DNA from: Eledone cirrhosa
Taxonomy: Eukaryota
Direction: 5' to 3'
Length of the DNA: 64,000 nucleotides
Assembly: GCA_964016885.1 (NCBI GenBank)
Contig: OZ024742.1
Span: forward strand, 66,712,001 to 66,776,000
The notes under the pieces are model-generated. The model did no database searches. It worked only from the letters and a program-made list of their open reading frames with translations, and was not told where the DNA came from. How positions within the stretch are numbered: the stretch's first letter is position 1; each line of letters starts with the position of its first letter. Position numbers and translations under genes: made by a program. Below, one piece after another: positions 56,623 to 64,000 of this stretch.

Positions 56623-57699
56623 TTGTTTTTGATGGATTAAATGTATGTGGGTGTGTATGTGTGTGTGTGCGTTTGTGCATATATAAATTTACTGATCTAC
56701 ACGTTTAGATTACATTTAGCCCAGTGGAGATCCCCTCATTCAATGAATTTACAAGCATCGCAGGTTGTAATTTCGATTCTGCAAACCAAAATGGACATTT
56801 TGGATAAACGGTTTAGTTTGAGAACAAATGTACAGCTCTGAGCGTCATATATCCAGTGGGTGTACTTGCAAGTACTAAAAATAGAAGACATACAATGTTT
56901 CCAGATATTAGAAATGCCCCACGACTAAGACTAACTGAGTAAATTATTGGTGAAATTTAGTTTTAATACTAACGAGAGAGTTCATCCGAGAGACTGCCAA
57001 AATCAATATTCATAGTGGTAGTGGTAGCAATTTCAAATTGTGGCAGAATCCCGTTACTTTCTAAAGAGGAGGGCAAGTAGAATTCAACCGTTAGGAATAA
57101 GCACGCTGTCGGCAGTAACATTCGAAATCTTGAATAAAAACCGAAGCACTCAACCGGGCCAATTATGCTTATAACAAAGACAAAAATCAAAAATATGTAC
57201 AAATCTAACTAACATAAAAATATAGTGTTCAGTTACTATTATATAATGGCACTCTGACTAAGTCGTATCAATTAGATAATTGATGCCATTGAAATGGGTT
57301 TACCAGAAATTATATAATTAATAAATTGATATAGTGTTTCAGAATAATGCCGTATTCTTTAAGTATATATATATATAAGGAAATACTAGGATATGCATAG
57401 ATCATATAAATAATTATGTCAACAACTCTAGCATCTCCAACACACACATGCTCACTCCATCAACAAGAACATGAACATGAACCGCAACAGCAACAACACC
57501 CCAATTAACAAATATAACATCAACACAACAACATCAAACTTACAAGTACTTATAACAATATCACAACCTTTACCAACAGCATTATAACCACCAGCATCTA
57601 AAATAGTACAATCAAAGGCAACAACTATACCACCGTCAATAACGATGGAACACTTTTACTTTCCACACTATCAAAATATATTTCACAACACTCCCAATA

Positions 57700-57882
57700 A
57701 TGTTTTCTTATATAGGCACAAGGCGAATAATTTTAGGGACTGGTATTTTATTTTATCGACCCCGTAAGGATGAAAGGCAAAGTTAACCGCGGCGAGATTT
57801 GAACTCAGATCATAAAGGGCCATAACTCTATGCTACAAAGCATGGCGTCCGACCTTCTACCGATACTGCTATTCCACCGCCC
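57700..57882 (-). mobile_element. SINE family A
   Basis: Consensus match. Confidence 0.88.
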
Positions 57883-58618
57883 AATAATAAAACCAAAAAG
57901 GACACTACATGCAAACAAGAAAAAAAAACGCTCTACCAAACAACTTTCATCGCCACAGAAAAGCTAAATCCCCCAGAACTAGCAAAAACACAATATTCAA
58001 CGCCACTCACAGAATACAGAAAGAAGGATAATTCCCACTAGCGGAATCAAAAAGAAAACAAATCTCTTCACCACATTTAAAACAACGTCACTACAAAATA
58101 CATCACCAACAACAATAATAATTCCGCATCACTTCCATTTCGAACTTCAACACAAAATGCTTAACACAGACAGCAGCAAACATATAACCTAGTGTACGAT
58201 AATGGTTTCATTATTGGATTTTTTTTCTTCAATTTATTGTTTGTGCAATGGAGACATCCACAGAAACGAGAGCCATATAAACCTTCAATATCACCCAGAT
58301 AGAAACTCAACAAATATCATAACTAGAGCAAACAGTAACAAACAACAATGAAAACTATATAAACCATAAACAACATTATGACAACACGCATAACTGCAAC
58401 AGCAACGCGTAAATTAAGTAGCGCCAGAATGAATGAAAGAAAAACTATGACCATAAGAACATTAACGCTAATAATAAGAGCAAAAGTATATATATATTAA
58501 TAAATATAAAAATAAGCATCTCAGCACGAAGCAATATTTCAAATGAAATGTAAAAAGAACAGTTGCAAATGCACACTCCTACTTCTACACATAATAAATA
58601 CACGCATAAACACTCAAA

Positions 58619-58665
58619 CATAAACATACTGACGTACATAATATGAATTATACACATGTATATAC

Positions 58666-58762
<97 letters not shown>

Positions 58763-58793
58763 TATAATATATATATACATATATATATATATA

Positions 58794-58842
<49 letters not shown>

Positions 58843-58865
58843 GTATATATATATTATATATATAT

Positions 58866-58900
<35 letters not shown>

Positions 58901-58904
58901 TATA

Positions 58905-58975
<71 letters not shown>

Positions 58976-59021
58976 GTATATACATGTGTATAATTCATAT
59001 TATGTACGTCAGTATGTTTAT
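58619..59021. repeat. About 400-bp quasi-palindrome: 50-bp unique arms around (TA)n
   Basis: CATAAACATACTGACGTACATAATATGAATTATACACATG versus CATGTGTATAATTCATATTATGTACGTCAGTATGTTTATG. Confidence 0.9.
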
Positions 59022-59031
59022 GTTATGTCAC

Positions 59032-59088
<57 letters not shown>

Positions 59089-59125
59089 TATAATATATAT
59101 ATACATATATATATATATATAATAT

Positions 59126-59160
<35 letters not shown>

Positions 59161-59857
59161 GTATATACATGTATATGAATGCATAAACATAGTGATGTAA
59201 ATATATATATATATATATGCATTCGTATATAAAGTTTACATGAAACAAAGAGAAAAACGAGAAAAAGAAGAGAAAAAGCTCAATTTGTTCTAGTTTAATT
59301 CTCGTCTTCTTCAGCCATTTGTTTTTATCAGTAAAGCTTTTCCACCGACTTAACGTTCCACGTGATATTGTAAACGAGTGTTTTAGCTCATTCAAGCAGA
59401 ATATTCTCTAAGAATAGCCATGACAAATATTCATATGTAACTATTGATTCGCCCTCAACAAGAAGAATTCTAACGCTAGTATTTCTATCCCGTTCTTATT
59501 CAACTCGTCTTTCTCACATACTCTCGCATGTTATTTCTAACAGTGATACACTTTTTCTTTCATTCTTTTAATAACTCAGTTTTCCTCACTGGTGTTTTCA
59601 GTCTTTCCATCATGTTGGAACCATTACAAAATATCCAACATAACTACAGAAAGAAAGCATTTACACAATTGCAAATGTCGGTAGTGTAGATATATCTAAT
59701 ATTTTCTGATTATGACGCTGTGAATATTGTTTAACATTTTTGTTATTGAGTGAAGGTAGGTTCGTTTCGCACTCTCGTTTTATCTCTATCATATATACAT
59801 ACACAGCACGCACATATATATAAATAAATGAATATATATATATATATATATATATAT

Positions 59858-60101
59858 GTAAAGTTATATTTAAAATTGTTGGGTTACAACTAGTAAATAT
59901 TTATAACTGATATAAAAGCACTCGACAAATATTTGGAGTATATTTACAATATTAAATAAATGGAAAACTATATTTATAAAACCATATCTATTTCATTATA
60001 TATATTTCGGGGATATCATATTAACAATATGTTATATATCCCCGAAATATATATAATGAAATAGATATGGTTTTATAAATATAGTTTTCCATTTATTTAA
60101 T

Positions 60102-60107
<6 letters not shown>
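59858..60107 (-). mobile_element. PLE-like end with half-hammerhead fold-back (26615 family)
   Basis: Inverted repeat 59945-60107 centred on GGGGATAT..ATATCCCC stem, followed by GAAA-TATATA-TA; tail homologous to 26675-26800. Confidence 0.8.
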
Positions 60108-60136
<29 letters not shown>

Positions 60137-60139
<3 letters not shown>

Positions 60140-60860
60140 TATAAATTAGCGAGAACCGAATTTCAGCTGAGGAATTAACGAAAAACACTTCCGAGTTGTG
60201 TGGCAAGCGCTCGATAATTCATATGAATCAGAGCTACAACATAACGTTAAAGGCCAAATACACTGAGATGGTGGTTAAACTAATCATCCGCACAGCGAAA
60301 AAACGATCAAGTAATTCGGGTCAAGCAGATATAAAAATATAAAAATATAAAAATATATAAAAATATATATGGTTGAAAATTTACCCGGACCCCTGGAGAG
60401 ATGGTAAAATCCAGTATTTGGGTTTCTGCGGCTCCATAAGTCATTTACTGTCCGCTTACATAAAGGATGTTAGGCTTCTGGCAATATGACCGAACAAGGA
60501 AGACGCGTTATCAACGGGATTTAGCTCAATAGTATACATAAGTTTGTCTGTTACTGACCCCACGTGGAGTTCAGCAAGGGAGGCAACACTTATATTAGGC
60601 GAATGAATTCAGTTGTGTAAAATACTGCGAAAATGCAAAATATCACAAATCGAATAAAGCTCTCGACAGAGTGGTTAAATATAACAAAGCTATTCAACAG
60701 TCAATAGAATAAACCAAAAAAAAATCGATAAAATTAACTGGCCAATAGCTGGACTCTGGAGATTAATACAAGTATAAATTAGCGAGAATCGAATTTCAAC
60801 TCAGGAATTAACGAAAAACACTTCCGAGTTGTGTGGCAAGCGCTCGATAATTCATATGAA
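60137..60860. repeat. Diverged 633-bp relative of the 615-bp unit, 1.14 copies
   Basis: Shared ordered blocks ACGAAAAAC, ATAATTCAnATGAATCAGAGCTA, TTCGGG, ACCCGGACCC, GGGTTTCTG, CGTTnTCAACG, CAAGGGAG, AAGCTATTCA, TCAATAGAAT, ATAAAATTAACTGG; unit restarts at 60770. Confidence 0.85.
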
Positions 60861-60937
60861 CCATTCAATGGCTATCATCGAAATATATATAGCAGTAAAT
60901 AAAGGATTATGAGTTCATGCAATTGACTTATGTTTCG

Positions 60938-60968
<31 letters not shown>

Positions 60969-62371
60969 GAGTGTGTGTGTGTATGTGTGATAACAGAAAA
61001 GTAACCGAGAGATAAATGACCGGAAGGAACCATATTTTGTCCCGGAGGAACTACCAACTAAGCAACCTGGAAAATGATTCAGAAAGAGGACCTCACCCAA
61101 ATATATTAATGTAGTTCTGCAACATAATGTTTAGACAAACTATGTCAATAATGGAAATTATATGCATTACATTTTTTCCAGTAAAACAACAAAAGCACAA
61201 AAAGGCAAAATACATGTAGATAGAAATGTGCATATTGTGCGAAGGAAAAATATCGTAAATATATATATATATATGTGTATGTGTGTGTATGTGTGTGTAG
61301 GTGTGTGTGTGGGTGTGTACGTGTGCGTGTGTGTGTATGTGTGTGTGTATTTGTGAGTGTGTGTGTACATATTGCTATATACCTAACTGTATGTTTGAAT
61401 AATATGTACGTCTGGAAAATCACATGCCATTTATTAGCAACACAATTAATCAGAAGTAACACCCTTTCAACCTCCGTTAAGAACATCTTACTTCCGATAT
61501 TCATTTCTCAATATAGAATATACAGCAAAACAACGACAATATTAATCCTTTCCTCCAGGTAAGAGTGGGGTTAGTTAGAATCACTGATGAATCCTGAAGA
61601 TTATGGCAAGTAATTAACATAAGCAGCTACTGAATAAATATAAATGCTCATTAATAGGATATATCACAAACGGACACCGTTGCGATTGGAATATAAAGTC
61701 TACATACACACACGTAATCACATAAACACAATGTCTCACAAAAACACATACACACAAACAGATATATTTACATACATACATATATATATATATACATATA
61801 TTTATATGTGTGTGTGTGTACAGAGAAAAAGAGAGAAAGGCAATGAAAGAAGGCAACTTGATGCAAAATGAAGTATATTTGCTTGTTACTCACCAGTAAA
61901 TAAAGGAAAATACGTATTTCATATGTATGAGAATAATTCATCAAAGAATATGTTAAATATTCAAATCCTTTATCCACTTATGTAAATAGGTGTACTACAT
62001 TATCTAGAACTTTTACCAAATTTCCACAAAATTCTTTCATATCTGTCACATGAAAGACTTTAAAAGTTTTAACGCCAATGTAAGATAATTTAAGACTGTA
62101 AGAATATCAGCTAAAAATATTTTCAATGAAGTATTGAGTCGATATATATGTTAATCTTTTGAGGAACTCTATAATTATTTTCTCTTTGTCATTGAAATTA
62201 CATTATCGTTGGCATGCGTGAAACTCTGAGTATTAACAGAATGTAATATCAGCGATATACAGTGAGTTTAGTAGCACATAGCTATTTATATTCTATATGA
62301 ACTAGAACTCAACTAAACAGGACAGAATCGAACTATACGATAGTGAATTAACATAGTAATAATAATAACAC

Positions 62372-63070
62372 CTATTTTTTTATTGGTCACAGAGTCCTAC
62401 ATATGGGGAACAATAGAAAATGAAAGGGACAGTGGGGTTTTACAATAAAACCAAGTAAAGAATACATACAACAAAAACAATTAACAATAAAATTACAACA
62501 ATAAAATGTTCCCAATAGTGGGAGAACCCCCCAGGGGCGATTCCAGAACAACCCGATGCTTCAAGGGCTCCCGGGAAGGGCACCGCTCTCCTACTCAAAT
62601 CAACTAGCCTACAGGCGCATACTTAGAGTAGGCCCATTTACACGGGCCATTCTCGTTACATTCAGCCACCTTTTAGCAAATGTACCGGGCTGCAGCATTT
62701 CTCTCTCCACCCCCACCTTCCTTTCCAAGAGAAATTTGAAAATATTTATGAGAGATTGGCCGAAGTGAAAAGTATCCCTCTTCAGGAATTTCAACCTGGT
62801 CCAATACGCAACCACTTTTGCAACGCCCCCATACAGACGAAAACTGTCTGCCCTTCCCAGCCAAAACAAGGCGGCGGGCGATCTTTAATATGGACTTAGT
62901 CGAAAGCCGGATCGCTTCCAGAGCCTCTCAGAGTGCATCGTCGCAATTTCCCACCATTAATCTTGTATAGAACTCGAGAGTGGAAGTTTAACTGACCGTA
63001 TTGCCCACCTGGTAGAGGAAAGTGAGCACCTGGTAACATTCCAGATGCCTGGCGCCCAGTCTCGTTTCGT
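62372..63070 (-). mobile_element. Diverged Tx1-clade 3' fragment
   Basis: AKVVAYWTRLK..EREML..RMARVNGPTLSMRL, homologous to the ORF2 C-terminus at about 25000-25209; AATAAA. Confidence 0.8.
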
Positions 63071-64000
63071 TCATGACACATAATTTGTTAATTAGTTTTT
63101 TGTTTACTCGATGTTTTTTTGGAAACAACCACTCTCCCTGTGGCGAATAAAAAAAAAACACTATTATTATTTTTATTATTATTATCAGTATTATCCGAAT
63201 TATTTCGAAAACATTGAAGTACCTACTGAGCCAAGCAATCATTGATATTGTATATGTCTGCCGTGCACTTCGTTTCTTACTGAACAACGCACGGAAACGT
63301 TTGTAAATACATTGAAAAGTGCCTGTTATTTGGACAAAGGAAACAAATCCAGAGGCAATAGTTATGCTTAAATAAAAGGGAGTGATCATTCTAAAGCATT
63401 AAGCCTTCTGATTACAGAAAATCCTTCGCTTGAGGTTGTAATCTGATATACATTATCAAGCGAAACAATACGCAAGATCCCCGTAACATGTAATCGCATT
63501 AATCACAGTGTGACATTAATATGGGAATCAAAGTGTGTAGATCATTTCATTTGCATATTACTAAACGGCTACAAACATTCAGACAACTGGTCGGTAGGAT
63601 CCTGAGGATAATTTGATTATAATTTGATAATACCTAGATAAAGTGTTGAACATTTGGCATATATTACATTTCTATCATCTATTTTACTGGTCTTAAATGT
63701 GGTCGCCATATTATATTAATCTGAGTGCGGAAAAGGAGAACATTTAATGAACATAAACACATTAGATTATCTTTATCTAACAGAAATAATATGGGTTCCT
63801 CAAGAGGGATAAGGCAACAATTTTAGTGAAACTGGTATTAAATATAATAATGTTTTTCTTGCGGTCTTTGAATTAATTATATTAATACCCAATAATGTGT
63901 GCGTTATATATGACATATTGTTTACAATAACTCCATGACATATTCCTTTTTAATTTGTCTCGGTTCTACATCAACTTCCGAACATTTCATCAATTTGTGT

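Overview
AT-rich, microsatellite-dense eukaryotic DNA with no recognisable host exon. The tRNA-derived SINE with core GGGTCGATAAAATAAAGTACCAGT suggests an octopod cephalopod (inference). The window is almost entirely mobile DNA: a near-full-length decayed Tx1/L1-clade LINE plus three fragments (three copies flanked by (TATC)n), an RTE LINE, two R4/Dong-like LINE remnants, Penelope-like (PLE) GIY-YIG remnants, about 15 SINE copies, three non-autonomous Helitrons and a long-TIR MITE. The most notable signal is a set of short non-coding modules abutting (TA)n. They carry minimal type I hammerhead ribozymes (HHRs), share a 3' double-hairpin tail, and repeatedly form fold-back palindromes centred on HHR stem II. 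Alongside them is a very young, roughly 9.6-copy array of a 615-bp non-coding unit (7813-13732). A diverged 633-bp relative of that unit (60137-60860) shows compensatory base changes, suggesting a large structured RNA or ssDNA element amplified as multimers. All structures and alignments were read by eye, not computed.
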